The position numbers and the translations under genes were made by a program. This document shows, in pieces, positions 47,381 through 57,536 of a stretch of 64,000 nucleotides of DNA. Under the pieces are notes generated by a model, which worked only from the letters and a program-made list of their open reading frames with translations, was not told the origin of the DNA and searched no databases. The stretch comes from a virus (lineage: Duplodnaviria > Caudoviricetes): positions 804 to 64,803 of IMG/VR virus record IMGVR_UViG_3300042904_000368, one strand, 5' to 3'. Within the stretch, counting starts at the first letter, position 1; each line of letters starts with the position of its first letter.

Positions 47381-48598
47381 ATGGATCGACAGCGACTCGC
47401 CCCGCAAGAGATGTACAAGGCGCTCAATCCGGGGCTGTATGAAGAAGCACGCCGCAAAGGGATGACCTTCTCGGACTTCCTCTCCCATGAAACGGTGGAC
47501 GGGGATGGTCGGGACGGGATGGACGCCTACCAGCGGCTCCTGCAAGAAGCAGAGATCATCACGCGCACTCATCCACAGGGGCATTACAAGTCCTCGCGGG
47601 TGGAGGCGTTTGCAAAAGACGTTTCATCTCGCACGTTGTTCCCGGAATGGGTTCGGCGCACCGTGGCGGGGGTCTCCTTCCGGGAGTCGAAGGCGGCACA
47701 GAATGGCGCGGGGGAGAAGTTCATCTTCCTCTCCGATGACGTAACGGCTGGCTCCGTCCTCCGCCCCTTCGCCGATGACCTGATGATGCGGATGTCCGAC
47801 CGCACCGAGCCCGCCATCCCCCTGACGGAGGTAGTGGCGGCTACGCGGTTTGTGGACGGGAACAAGGCCCGCTCCTGGTATCTGAACCGGGACGCTTCTC
47901 AGGCTCGCCGCAAGCGAGTGACGGAAGCGGCGGAAATCCCGCCTGCCAAACTGACCACGAAGCAGCACGACATCGACCTGTACAAGTACGGCATCCGGCT
48001 CGATGTCTCATATGAGACGGCCCGCCGTTTGGCGCTGGACCAGTTCGCCCGGTTCCTGGAACTGGAAGCGATCCAGGCCGAAGTCGATAAGGTGGCGGCG
48101 GCCCTCGATGTGATGGTGAACGGCGACGGAAACACCAGCACGGCAGCCACGAGTTACAACCTCACGACCCTGGACCCGAACACGACGGCGAACAACCTGA
48201 CTGTTTCGGCCTGGCTCGCCTTCAAGGCGAAGTTCGCGAACCCCTACCAACTCACGCACGTTCTGGGCACTGAAGCGGTGATCCTGCAACTGCTGCTGCT
48301 GAACGTGGGCAGCGGCAACGTGCAACTGAGCCAGCGGCCCGACCTCGGCGGTTTCACTCCGATCAACCAGACGTTTGCAGACGGTGTGCGGTGGGGCATC
48401 TCCGCCGACGCTCCCGCCAGCAAAATCGTCGGTTACGACCGGGCGTGGGGTATCGGTCGCGTCGTGGAGACGGCCAGCGAAATCCAGGAGATGGATCGCT
48501 GGATCACTAACCAAACGCTCATTCTCACCGCGACGGAGAACGAGGGCTTCGAGGTGCTGGACCCCAACGGCCTCAAAATCCTGAACTTGGCCGCCTAG
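47381..48598 (+). CDS. Major capsid protein (HK97 fold)
   Basis: LFPE, VTEAAEIP, LYKYG.RL.VSYE, NGDGN; about 405 aa. Confidence 0.9.
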   Translation: MDRQRLAPQEMYKALNPGLYEEARRKGMTFSDFLSHETVDGDGRDGMDAYQRLLQEAEIITRTHPQGHYKSSRVEAFAKDVSSRTLFPEWVRRTVAGVSFRESKAAQNGAGEKFIFLSDDVTAGSVLRPFADDLMMRMSDRTEPAIPLTEVVAATRFVDGNKARSWYLNRDASQARRKRVTEAAEIPPAKLTTKQHDIDLYKYGIRLDVSYETARRLALDQFARFLELEAIQAEVDKVAAALDVMVNGDGNTSTAATSYNLTTLDPNTTANNLTVSAWLAFKAKFANPYQLTHVLGTEAVILQLLLLNVGSGNVQLSQRPDLGGFTPINQTFADGVRWGISADAPASKIVGYDRAWGIGRVVETASEIQEMDRWITNQTLILTATENEGFEVLDPNGLKILNLAA

Positions 48599-48610
48599 GA
48601 GGCTGAAACA

Positions 48611-49126
48611 ATGGCTGATACGGGCTTTGACAGCCTGAGTCTGGGCGGGGTGCCGGTAACGGCCTCCGCCGCAGACCTGAACAAACTCGCGGCAATTACC
48701 GGCTATCCGGTAGAGGCGCACGAGGTGACGTTCACCGAGACGGTGGGTGCGGGTGTTTTCACCGGTTCGGTGGCGGTTCCGGCAGGCGCGACCATTCTCG
48801 ACATCATCGTTAATGGAGTCGCGCTCTGGAATAGCGAAACTTCGGCGACGATGATCGTCGGCGACGTGGCGAATGACGATGGTTACTTCACCGCTGTTGA
48901 TCTGAAGGCGACCGACCTGCTGGCGGGGGAGTCTCTCTCGTTCGCACTGGCAGGCGGGAAGGCGGGTGCGTACATCGCCAACTCCCAGGTGTCGCCGCGC
49001 TACTCGGCAACGGCTCGCGTTGTTTCCGGCATCATCACCAAAGTGGGTTCGACTGGCACCGCTGGTCGCACTCGGATGGTCGTGGTGTTCGCTCTTCCCA
49101 CTGCTGCGGCAGCAACGAAGGTATAG
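48611..49126 (+). CDS. Virion structural protein (head fibre/decoration candidate)
   Basis: VTASAADLN motif, VPAGATILD beta domain. Confidence 0.6.
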   Translation: MADTGFDSLSLGGVPVTASAADLNKLAAITGYPVEAHEVTFTETVGAGVFTGSVAVPAGATILDIIVNGVALWNSETSATMIVGDVANDDGYFTAVDLKATDLLAGESLSFALAGGKAGAYIANSQVSPRYSATARVVSGIITKVGSTGTAGRTRMVVVFALPTAAAATKV

Positions 49127-49136
49127 GGAAATCAGC

Positions 49137-49361
49137 ATGGCTGAAAATACGATCCAGGTCCGCAGCAAACTGAAATCCGCCGCCGATGGCGGCCACCCGA
49201 CCGCTCTCTGGGAGGTGGACCCGGCGCACCCTGGCGGGGAGGCGTTCATTGCGGGGCCTGGCTCCGTCGAGGTCGCCGAAACGGCGGGCGTGATGGGCGC
49301 TCTCCGAGACGACAAGATCGAACGTGTGCGGAGCGAGAAGTCCGCAGGCGGTAGCAAGTAG
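49137..49361 (+). CDS. Small virion-associated protein
   Basis: ALWEVDPAHPGGEAFIA. Confidence 0.55.
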   Translation: MAENTIQVRSKLKSAADGGHPTALWEVDPAHPGGEAFIAGPGSVEVAETAGVMGALRDDKIERVRSEKSAGGSK

Positions 49362-49380
49362 CGGGTTCGTACCGCTGATT

Positions 49381-49415
49381 AGGGAGCGTGGATAGCCCAC
49401 GCTCCCTTTCTTTTT
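49381..49415 (+). terminator. Intrinsic terminator
   Basis: AGGGAGCGTGG/CCACGCTCCCT followed by T-tract. Confidence 0.8.
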
Positions 49416-49427
49416 GAGGGGTGAGGC

Positions 49428-50006
49428 ATGGCGAACGAGCACGACGGAAAAGGAAATCTGCGGGTAACGCTACGAGACGCGTCTAACAATCCGTTGGGCG
49501 GAACCGTCCCCCTCACCGTCAAATCATCCCGCGCCCACCCTACAGTTTCCTTCACGCGCCCTGCTGACATCCTCGCCTATGCGGCCAAGGATGCGGTCGC
49601 GAACGCGACGAGCGGGGCAGCAGCGATGGAGTTCACCGGCGCTGCGCTGGCAACCGGTGGCGGTGGCGTCATCGCGCGGGCGGTCCTGCAAACGGGCGAC
49701 ACGACCAACGCCCCCCGCCTGCGCCTGCACCTCTACAGCGCCCCGCCCACCGTCATCAGCGGGGATAATACGGCCTTTGTGATTGAGGCGGATGACCGGG
49801 CGCTCTACGTGGGCTTCATCGACTTTGGCCCGCCGCAACTGGAGGGGACCAACTCCGAGCGAGCGATTTCGCAGGTGACGCTGGCACTGGACTTCTTCTG
49901 CGCGGCTACCTCGCTCTTTGGCCGCCTGGAGACGCTGGACCTCGTTACCACTACGGTCAGTGAGGCGGAGTATCTGATCCGGCTGTTCCTGACGGAGCGG
50001 TACTAG
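49428..50006 (+). CDS. Virion structural protein
   Basis: FTRPAD..AYAAKDAV, beta-sandwich character. Confidence 0.6.
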   Translation: MANEHDGKGNLRVTLRDASNNPLGGTVPLTVKSSRAHPTVSFTRPADILAYAAKDAVANATSGAAAMEFTGAALATGGGGVIARAVLQTGDTTNAPRLRLHLYSAPPTVISGDNTAFVIEADDRALYVGFIDFGPPQLEGTNSERAISQVTLALDFFCAATSLFGRLETLDLVTTTVSEAEYLIRLFLTERY

Positions 50007-50007
50007 C

Positions 50008-50760
50008 ATGGGAGCGAGGGGCCGCCTCTTGCGACTGGGCATTCAGCCCGCGCAGGCTGGGCTGCGTTATTGGGAGTGGCCTGCGTACGCGCGAGAAACA
50101 GCAGACGGGACCGGGGAGAGTAGCTGGACAGACATCGGACCGGAAGCGGTGCCGCTTATCCAGGGGACGGTTTCACTGCGCCCGCTGATGCAGCGGGGGG
50201 CCAACGGCATCAACGGCTGGCCCGCGCTGCTCTCCGATGCCACGGACGACTTGCTGCGGGACAACGCCACGACTCTCTCCGCGCCCTTTACCGGGGCGGA
50301 TAGACCCTGCACTTGGTTGATCGTCGCGCAACTCGCCACCGCTGGCTCGCAGGGCGTCTTCATGAGTTTTGGTCGCGCGGCGTCGTCCAACCCGTCTTTC
50401 CGCCTGGGGCTGTCCAGCACCGACAACCTGCGCATCACCCGTTCCGATGACACAGCCGCGCAGAAGTCGGTCACCTCCCCGCTGGTTGTGGCCGTTGGCG
50501 TGCCGTTCGTGGCGCTCTGCCGCTTTTCCGGCACGGAAGGTGACATCTGGGTGAACGGCGTGCAGGTGGCGAGGGGAGACCTGGACGTTGGTACGGCCAC
50601 CTTCGATCTCTTCTCCACCTTTGCCCGACGTGGCCCAACGACCGGCAACCGCCTCCCCGGCAAGATCGCCCATTTGACGCAGTTCGTCGGCACCCCGGAT
50701 GACTACCAGGCCCGCCTGCTCTCACGCGGGGCCATGAACCTCTACCGCATCCCTGGCTAA
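50008..50760 (+). CDS. LamG/concanavalin-like protein
   Basis: INGWPAL..D..DD, IWVNG, GKIAH. Confidence 0.65.
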   Translation: MGARGRLLRLGIQPAQAGLRYWEWPAYARETADGTGESSWTDIGPEAVPLIQGTVSLRPLMQRGANGINGWPALLSDATDDLLRDNATTLSAPFTGADRPCTWLIVAQLATAGSQGVFMSFGRAASSNPSFRLGLSSTDNLRITRSDDTAAQKSVTSPLVVAVGVPFVALCRFSGTEGDIWVNGVQVARGDLDVGTATFDLFSTFARRGPTTGNRLPGKIAHLTQFVGTPDDYQARLLSRGAMNLYRIPG

Positions 50761-50764
50761 CACC

Positions 50765-51073
50765 ATGCACCATCCCATTGTTTTCGTGCCTGCTGCCGAC
50801 AAAGACGCTGCCAACACGGCCCTCCACGACCTCTTGGGCGAAGGCTGGGAAGGGACGTTTGGGGAAGCGCAGGCATCGCCGACGGGGACGGAGCCGGCTA
50901 CCGAGTACTATGCCGGGTTTCCCGTAGACGACGAGGGGCTAGTGGCGGTGCAGGAGTTGTGGGAAACCGAGTTCCCTGCTGGTGCTGTGTATGACGCCTT
51001 GCCGGGCCAGACCCTCCCCGCCCTACTAGCCGCTCTTTCCGCACGCGGCCTGCTGCGGGTGGAGCCGCTCTGA
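50765..51073 (+). CDS. Hypothetical protein (fibre chaperone candidate)
   Basis: SPTGTEPAT motif, follows the LamG gene. Confidence 0.55.
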   Translation: MHHPIVFVPAADKDAANTALHDLLGEGWEGTFGEAQASPTGTEPATEYYAGFPVDDEGLVAVQELWETEFPAGAVYDALPGQTLPALLAALSARGLLRVEPL

Positions 51074-53310
51074 TGCCCTCTCACGAGTTTCCCGTCACCC
51101 TGAGCCTTGGTGCTGCCTATGCAGGCTTGCCGGTCAACCAGGTGCGGATGCGGTTTAAAAACATCGAGGGGCGGGTGGTGGTACTGCCGACTTCCAACGG
51201 TATCTCCCCCGACACCGACTCCCCCGGCAATTACCCAGCGCGGATTACGCTACCGCTGGGGGCGTCAGGCTTTATTCAGGGGTCGCCAGACGGTGTTCAG
51301 TGGGAGTCTTTCGAAGCGCTTGACCCGCAGTACGTCCAGAAGATTGCTGCGGCCTTGCTGGGGTTGTCGGCGAGCGGGGAAGAAGAACCCCTACCCCCTG
51401 TTTACGAGGAGTTCGGGTTCACCACGCCCCTCTACACCAACGATGTTGGCACCGTGGAAGCTCTTGATACCGAGGGGGTAGCGTATCAGCCGGGCCGCTA
51501 TGGCTACACCGTGGCGACTCAGCCAACGGCGGGGGCGCGTCATACGTTGCTGGAAGCGGGGCTAAACGGCCAACCGTGCCTCCTCAACGACGGCAACGAC
51601 TACCAGATTCTTGACGCACTCGCTCGCCTGTTCACGCTGGATCACCCCTGGACCGCAGGCGGCGAGGAATATTTCCCCGCTATCGGCTCGAACAACATCA
51701 TCGGCGCGTCCAACGAGACCCCCATCGTCATCACCACCAACTCCCCCCACGGGCGCGAGACTGGCTTCCTGGTGACGATTGCAGGGGTGCTAGGCAACCT
51801 CGCCGCCAATGTCACCAACTGGCCGGTGACCAGGATTGATGAGTTCAGTTTTTCTCTCGACGGACGGTCAGGGACGGGGACGTATACCAGTGGCGGGTCG
51901 GTGACGCGTTCGGCCCAGACCGTTATCCACCTGGGGAATAGCGCGGACTCGTTAAAGTTCCGCAACTTCGCGTTCGCGGGCGGTTCTACCGGGCGGCCCA
52001 CGCTTACCTGCCGCAACGGGGTAACGGGGGGCGTAGTGGCGATCCGCGGGCAGTATATGCTGCCGGTCCAATATAAGTTTTCGTGGGCGGTGGCGTTTGA
52101 TGGTGAGCGGGCGAACATCTGGATCAACGCCGCGCCGTTCGGTTGGACCCCGGCAACGGGCGCGGAAAGTATCGCCGTCAACCGCGTGACCTGGGATGGG
52201 CTGCGGGCATCCACTACCGCCACGCAGCAACCCTTGCCAGGCCACAAGCGGGGTCGCAGGTGGATCCTGGCAGACCGCGCGTGGACGGAAGCAGAGGTGT
52301 CGGCGTTCTTTCGCCAGGAAGAAATCCGTGCCCCTTACAACCTCCCAGTTTTCGATCTCTATCAGCGTGTCGGCGACAGCGACCCGTTCCAAGCCTGGCC
52401 AGGGCTTACCCACTACAACGGGCAGTGGGTGCTGGCGTATTTGGGGGGTACTGGGCATGCTTCGTTCGATCACGTCATCCGCATTCTCACGAGCGAAGAC
52501 GGCATCGCCTGGACGTTGGTTGCCACGCTTTCCACCGGTGACCCCACTCCCCTTGATCCTCTCTACGCTTATCGCGACGTGCGGTTTGAAGTGCTCGCAG
52601 ATGGTCGCCTCGGCCTCTATGGCGTCCGCGTAGACCGCACCGACCCGGAAAACCTGCTGCGCTACACCTGGCTGTGGATTTCCCCAGATGGCACCACTTG
52701 GGATGAAACCCCCAACTCAGGTCAGGCCCTCGGTGAAGCGAACTGGTGGATATGGGGCGTAAGGAGATTTGGGGATACGACGTGGGGCGTTGGGTATCGG
52801 ACGCAAGGCGAGGGGGACCGCCTGAAGCTCTATAGGAGCGAGGACGGGATTGAGTTCACCTACCATACGACCATTACGAACAACGAAGCGGCCAGCGAGA
52901 GCGATCTGGCGATGGGCGAGGATGGGACGATGTACGTCCTTACTCGCTGCGATGCATTGCAACAGCACATTTGGTCAAAGTCGGTTGCGCCCTACACCAC
53001 TTGGGACGTGTCTGTCCTCCCCTATTCCGCCGAGGCTCCCTCTCTCCTGTGGGTAGAAGACGTGCTCCATGCTGGCTTCCGTGGTGCGCCGGGCAATCGC
53101 ACGCAGTTCGGGACGGTGGAGTTAGCGACTGGCGTGATCACCCCCTATGCCGAAGCCCCGCAGGACGGCGACGGGGCGTACATCAAGCTGGTGGCCTGGC
53201 CGGACAGCAGCCCCGACATCGGCTTTGCCTACTACTCCACCCACCAGCCGATAGGTGCAGCGAAATCATGCGTGTTCTTTGGACGATTGAGGCCACCTGA
53301 TGCCGAATAA
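51073..53310 (+). CDS. Multidomain fibre/receptor-binding protein: LamG + E1-FCCH-like insert + Asp-box beta-propeller
   Basis: ASNETPIVITT..PHG...VTIAGV.GN; Asp-boxes SEDGIAW, SPDGTTW, SEDGIEF. Confidence 0.75.
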   Translation: MPSHEFPVTLSLGAAYAGLPVNQVRMRFKNIEGRVVVLPTSNGISPDTDSPGNYPARITLPLGASGFIQGSPDGVQWESFEALDPQYVQKIAAALLGLSASGEEEPLPPVYEEFGFTTPLYTNDVGTVEALDTEGVAYQPGRYGYTVATQPTAGARHTLLEAGLNGQPCLLNDGNDYQILDALARLFTLDHPWTAGGEEYFPAIGSNNIIGASNETPIVITTNSPHGRETGFLVTIAGVLGNLAANVTNWPVTRIDEFSFSLDGRSGTGTYTSGGSVTRSAQTVIHLGNSADSLKFRNFAFAGGSTGRPTLTCRNGVTGGVVAIRGQYMLPVQYKFSWAVAFDGERANIWINAAPFGWTPATGAESIAVNRVTWDGLRASTTATQQPLPGHKRGRRWILADRAWTEAEVSAFFRQEEIRAPYNLPVFDLYQRVGDSDPFQAWPGLTHYNGQWVLAYLGGTGHASFDHVIRILTSEDGIAWTLVATLSTGDPTPLDPLYAYRDVRFEVLADGRLGLYGVRVDRTDPENLLRYTWLWISPDGTTWDETPNSGQALGEANWWIWGVRRFGDTTWGVGYRTQGEGDRLKLYRSEDGIEFTYHTTITNNEAASESDLAMGEDGTMYVLTRCDALQQHIWSKSVAPYTTWDVSVLPYSAEAPSLLWVEDVLHAGFRGAPGNRTQFGTVELATGVITPYAEAPQDGDGAYIKLVAWPDSSPDIGFAYYSTHQPIGAAKSCVFFGRLRPPDAE

Positions 53311-53527
53311 AAGAAGGCGGTTCACCCCCGCCCACCTCTCGCCAGAAGAGTTGACAGCCACGGTGCGCGAGCCGATTGCCCGCGCAGAACAGCGGGTTGC
53401 GCTGGCGCGGGTGAATGAGATTGCGGCCAACGCGGAAGCAAGGGCGGCTAAGGCGCGGCGCGTAGAAGCGGAAGCGTTCCTCCAAGCCCTCGCTACCACC
53501 TTCCCCGTCCCGGAGGTTAACCCGTGA
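53300..53527 (+). CDS. Small coiled-coil protein
   Basis: Coupled ORF. Confidence 0.5.
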   Translation: MPNKRRRFTPAHLSPEELTATVREPIARAEQRVALARVNEIAANAEARAAKARRVEAEAFLQALATTFPVPEVNP

Positions 53528-54129
53528 GCGGCTACGGTGGTGCGTTCGCCCCCGTACCTGCCGCTACCACGGTAGCGGATTTGGACGCAGGCTTTGCCTC
53601 GGTCGTCACGGATGACCCCTATACGCTGGGGAAGCGACTGAAGATCAAGGGGCCGCTGGCTCTGGCGCCGGGTACCGTCGCCTCTGCCATTCGCTACGTG
53701 GAACACATCGGACACGGCAACGCTCAAAGCCTGCTCCGAGTGGATGCGCCAGAAATCGAAGACACAATCTTCCGCGTGCAGTTCTTCGCTGGGATGGGCT
53801 CCACCGGCCTGCTGGCGTCGAACAGCATCGACATCTACGACGGCGAAGGCCCTACCTCTGCCATCCGTCACCGTATCGAAGGAAAGGTCAAGGACCCGAC
53901 TTATTTTTGCGCGGGCGGTCTGGGCCAATTCATCGTCGGTGCGGCAGGCACCCTCCACTCTTCAGCCATCGCAGGCGTGATCTCCACGGATCGCGGGTTC
54001 CTCCCGCCCAAGATGACCACCGCGCAACGGGACGCCATCGTCTCGCCCACTCCCGGCCTGCTGCTCTACAACACCGACACCGGCAAGCTCACCTATCGCA
54101 ATAACGCGAGCGCGTGGGTAGAGGTTTAA
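53524..54129 (+). CDS. Fibre protein
   Basis: GFLPPKMTTAQRDAI.SP..GLLLYNTDT. Confidence 0.75.
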   Translation: MSGYGGAFAPVPAATTVADLDAGFASVVTDDPYTLGKRLKIKGPLALAPGTVASAIRYVEHIGHGNAQSLLRVDAPEIEDTIFRVQFFAGMGSTGLLASNSIDIYDGEGPTSAIRHRIEGKVKDPTYFCAGGLGQFIVGAAGTLHSSAIAGVISTDRGFLPPKMTTAQRDAIVSPTPGLLLYNTDTGKLTYRNNASAWVEV

Positions 54130-54134
54130 AGGCT

Positions 54135-54323
54135 ATGAGCCTGGATGAAGCTGTTGCAATTTTGAACCGGGAAAAGCATCGTGCTTTCGATGACTGGCTA
54201 GTAGGTGAGAGGGCTAAAGGAGAACTTTGCATTTGGGGCTACGAAGACTGCTGCACTTTCTGGCTGACTGAATTTGAGGCCATCGCCATCGCTCGGCAGT
54301 ATGAGCCTGAGAGGGCAGCCTAG
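54135..54323 (+). CDS. Small protein, paralog of the N-domain of 15084-15578
   Basis: LDEAVAILNREKHR...W...AIAIA. Confidence 0.6.
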   Translation: MSLDEAVAILNREKHRAFDDWLVGERAKGELCIWGYEDCCTFWLTEFEAIAIARQYEPERAA

Positions 54324-54325
54324 CC

Positions 54326-55033
54326 ATGCCCACTTACCCGCTCGTCGCTGCTGTTGGCCTGGGGTCCCTCTACGTCGGCACCGAGGCGACGGTCTTCTAT
54401 AAGGTCGTAGATGAGTTCGGGGAAGAGGTGATCGCCCCGACCAATGAGGGCGTCCAGGAGAGCGATGTTGCTGGGAATTACTTCGTTCTCGGCGGGATTG
54501 AGGTAGAGAGCGACGCCAAAGGCCGGGTGCTGTGGAGCGCAGAGGAAGGAGTGGACGGGACCTGGATCAGGGAGGTTCCCTTCGATCTCGCCTACATCCA
54601 GAGTCAGGTGCTAGCCGTCACGTCCTACGCCGTTTCCCAAAACCCGCTCGTGAATGGCGCGGCTCTCTCGCTTCGGAGGGGGGACACTGCCGTTTTCGAG
54701 TTTACCGGGCTGGGAGACTTGACGGCGCGCACCAAACTCTGGTTCGGGGTGAAGCGCAATCCGCAGGAAGATGCGGACGGGGAGTCCTTGGTGTTGATTG
54801 AAGAAACCAGCGGTCTTCTTTATCTGAACGGAGCAGCGGGGACGGCCAATCAAGGCGAGATAGACGTGGCGGGAGTGGGAGTGGCGGATGTTGAGCTAGC
54901 AGCGGCGGCTACTGCCGCACTCCCCGTCGGACGGTTTACCTATGAAATCCAGATGCTTACTGCCGAGGGGGTTTCCACCCTCACCGCCGGTTACTTCCGC
55001 GTTTCCCCCGATGTCGTGAGGGCGGTGGCTTAA
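54326..55033 (+). CDS. Structural protein with BppU-like C-terminal domain
   Basis: LRRGDT..F, WFGVK, TAALP.G.F.YEIQ, G.FRV.PDV. Confidence 0.7.
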   Translation: MPTYPLVAAVGLGSLYVGTEATVFYKVVDEFGEEVIAPTNEGVQESDVAGNYFVLGGIEVESDAKGRVLWSAEEGVDGTWIREVPFDLAYIQSQVLAVTSYAVSQNPLVNGAALSLRRGDTAVFEFTGLGDLTARTKLWFGVKRNPQEDADGESLVLIEETSGLLYLNGAAGTANQGEIDVAGVGVADVELAAAATAALPVGRFTYEIQMLTAEGVSTLTAGYFRVSPDVVRAVA

Positions 55034-55585
55034 ATGGCAGCACAGACGACCCCGTTCGCTTCAGTGGAAGAATTGCAGGCAGAGTTCGGCCTGATTGGCC
55101 TCGCGTTTGCCTGGGATACGGATGAGGAGCGACTGGTGCAGGCTTTAGCGGCCAAGCTTACCGAAGCGATGGACGAGGTGAGGATTTTCCACACAGGCAT
55201 TGAGGGGCTGTACGTGGATGCGGCGGGCACGCGCACGCCGGCGCAGGGGCGGATATTGGCCCGCGTGGAGAAGCTGCTAGCAGCGGCGGAAATCCTGCGC
55301 CGTCCGCAGGTGATGCGGCTCACCGGCACTCACGAGCCGCTGATGATGGAAGAGAGCGGCGAGTTTTCCGATCTGATCGAGAGCTACCTGGCGACGGCCA
55401 AGGAACTATTGGGCAACCTCTCCGAGAGCGTGACGCCAGGGACGACGGGCGGCGCGGTATTTGCGCGGCCAGCTTTTTTGGCGAGTACTTTTGTAGTCAG
55501 CGCTGCCGACCGGACACCGGCGGAACGCAATCTCCTTACGAACGAATTGGATAATGTCTCCGCCTGGGACACCGCGAACGGATAA
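55034..55585 (+). CDS. Putative head-tail adaptor
   Basis: FASVEEL N-terminus, helical, position. Confidence 0.55.
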   Translation: MAAQTTPFASVEELQAEFGLIGLAFAWDTDEERLVQALAAKLTEAMDEVRIFHTGIEGLYVDAAGTRTPAQGRILARVEKLLAAAEILRRPQVMRLTGTHEPLMMEESGEFSDLIESYLATAKELLGNLSESVTPGTTGGAVFARPAFLASTFVVSAADRTPAERNLLTNELDNVSAWDTANG

Positions 55586-55595
55586 AAGTTACCCC

Positions 55596-56090
55596 ATGCC
55601 CACCACCCGCCTCTCGTCCAACGCTGCCGTGATTGCGCGGCGAATGCGCCAGCGTGCGACTGATGCGGAACGCGAGCTGAACGGAGCCGCCAGGGTGCTT
55701 GGCCCAGAGTTGGCAGCGGAAGCGAAGAAGCTGCTCCAATCCGAGATTTACAACGTCCCCATTCCGCTGAAGAAGACGGCGGATAGAAGCTTGTCCAAGA
55801 ACGCAGCCATCCGCAAGCGAACCACCAAAGGCGCGGCGGGTCAGTGGCAGCGGACGGGCAACCTGAAACGCTCCGAGGGTTGGCGAGTCGAGGGAGCCAC
55901 TCTTTACCTCACCAACAACGCGGAATATGCCGCCGCTCGCTACACCTTGGGGACTTCCAAATCTTCGCGCAAAATCCGCACCCCCACCGTGCGCTCCGTG
56001 CAGTGGCAGGAGCAGGCGATTACGGCCAAGCGGGCACGGATTTTGGAAGTCAGACGCCAGGCGGTTTTGCGGGCACTGAGGGCGGTTTGA
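55596..56090 (+). CDS. HK97 gp10-like neck/tail completion protein
   Basis: Basic; RTGNLKRS, NNAEYA. Confidence 0.7.
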   Translation: MPTTRLSSNAAVIARRMRQRATDAERELNGAARVLGPELAAEAKKLLQSEIYNVPIPLKKTADRSLSKNAAIRKRTTKGAAGQWQRTGNLKRSEGWRVEGATLYLTNNAEYAAARYTLGTSKSSRKIRTPTVRSVQWQEQAITAKRARILEVRRQAVLRALRAV

Positions 56091-56380
56091 TGCCTACACC
56101 CTTTCGCATCCGGGCAGAAGGTCCGGGTATTCCCACCCTCCTCGATCTCGAAAAACTGGAAGCCGACCGGCACCTGATTGAGGGTTGGCACTACGGGAAG
56201 CGGCTGGAGGAGATGGAAGGCCAGCATTACGGCGCGGCCTACATGTTCCACGCGATAGACCAGCACGCTTTATGGGGGCTGACTTACGCGGAGCGCGGCG
56301 ACTGGCTGCGCGCGAAATACGGGCTGGATACCGAGGGGGCTGTGATTTCCACAGCCCCCTCTTCTGATTCTAGGGGGTAA
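56090..56380 (+). CDS. Hypothetical protein
   Basis: TGATG-coupled ORF. Confidence 0.5.
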   Translation: MPTPFRIRAEGPGIPTLLDLEKLEADRHLIEGWHYGKRLEEMEGQHYGAAYMFHAIDQHALWGLTYAERGDWLRAKYGLDTEGAVISTAPSSDSRG

Positions 56381-56385
56381 GGGCT

Positions 56386-56787
56386 ATGCCGGTAATGACT
56401 GGTAAGGATGGAGCGGTCTCCATCAACGGCGGTGCGCTTGTTGGGAAAGTGACCGATTGGAAAGCCAACTACACGTCAAAGAATGTTGAGAACGACGGGG
56501 CCGGGGATGCGGTAGTCACGCGGACCCACCTGCGCAAAGACTGGACCGTCACGATTGAGTTCTACGTGCTGGACCAGGCGAGCCGCATCCTGGGGGCCGC
56601 GCTTGTGGGAACTTCCGCCACCTTCGCTCTGAAGGACAAGGTAAGCGACAGCAACCCTAGTGTTTCCGGTACCGGACTCTACGAAACCTGGGATCGCGAC
56701 CACCCGGCCAGCGACAATGCCAAAGTCTCCATCACAGTGAAGTGCGACGGCACCGACTTGACTATTGACGAAACCCCGGCCAGCTAA
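56386..56787 (+). CDS. Tail tube protein
   Basis: TGKDG, VTDW, DWTVTIE, SITVK.DG; 133 aa. Confidence 0.75.
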   Translation: MPVMTGKDGAVSINGGALVGKVTDWKANYTSKNVENDGAGDAVVTRTHLRKDWTVTIEFYVLDQASRILGAALVGTSATFALKDKVSDSNPSVSGTGLYETWDRDHPASDNAKVSITVKCDGTDLTIDETPAS

Positions 56788-57536
56788 TGAGCAATACCCT
56801 TACCCCTGAACAGAAAGCCGCTGAAATGGCGGAACTGCGGCAGGCGTGCGCCGAGAGCCGCACGCCTGACCCCGCGTCGTGGGGCGCGGCGTTGAACAAA
56901 GTTCCGGTGTCTTTCCCGGATGGGTCGCAACAGGCAGCCGGAACCGACGAAAACGTGTTTTCCGCCTCGGACCTCACGCTAGACATGCTTCCGCCAGGCC
57001 GCGAGTATACGGTGCCGGGAACGAAGAAGAAACTCTTCATCTTCGGCGCGACGACCGAGGACACGGAACTAATGCTTTCGTGGTCACTCTCGGCGGAAAA
57101 TCTAGCCGCTGATCCCACCGACCCAAACCGGGCGCGGCTGGCGCAGGCACGGATGATGCAAGACCTCAAGCTCTCGCAGGTTGCGTTGTGCTGCCGCAAG
57201 GGGCCGAAGCGGAGCGATGGGCGGGTGTTTGGGCGGCAGGACATCCCTGCCCTGCGCTCCCGCCTCGGCTCTGCGGTAGTCGAAGAAATCGTCCGCATCT
57301 CCAACGAGATTTCCGGCAACGAGGAAGCCTTGGGAGGTTCCGTGCGCCGTTTTTTCGGGGCAATCCGACACTCCTTGCAGACCTCGCTTTCAGCGTGCGC
57401 TACCTGGGAAGGCTGCCCCGATGGCTTGCTCGCCAGTCAAACGCGCTTGCTATCGCTCGTCACGCGTGCGCTCTCGCGCGGGAGTGTGGATACTGGCCTG
57501 CTGAATGACCTGGGCGAGTGGGAGGCCGGAGGCTAA
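56787..57536 (+). CDS. Tail assembly chaperone with probable -1 frameshift at 57350-57356
   Basis: Lies between tail tube and tape measure; in-frame T TTT TTC slippery site. Confidence 0.7.
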   Translation: MSNTLTPEQKAAEMAELRQACAESRTPDPASWGAALNKVPVSFPDGSQQAAGTDENVFSASDLTLDMLPPGREYTVPGTKKKLFIFGATTEDTELMLSWSLSAENLAADPTDPNRARLAQARMMQDLKLSQVALCCRKGPKRSDGRVFGRQDIPALRSRLGSAVVEEIVRISNEISGNEEALGGSVRRFFGAIRHSLQTSLSACATWEGCPDGLLASQTRLLSLVTRALSRGSVDTGLLNDLGEWEAGG

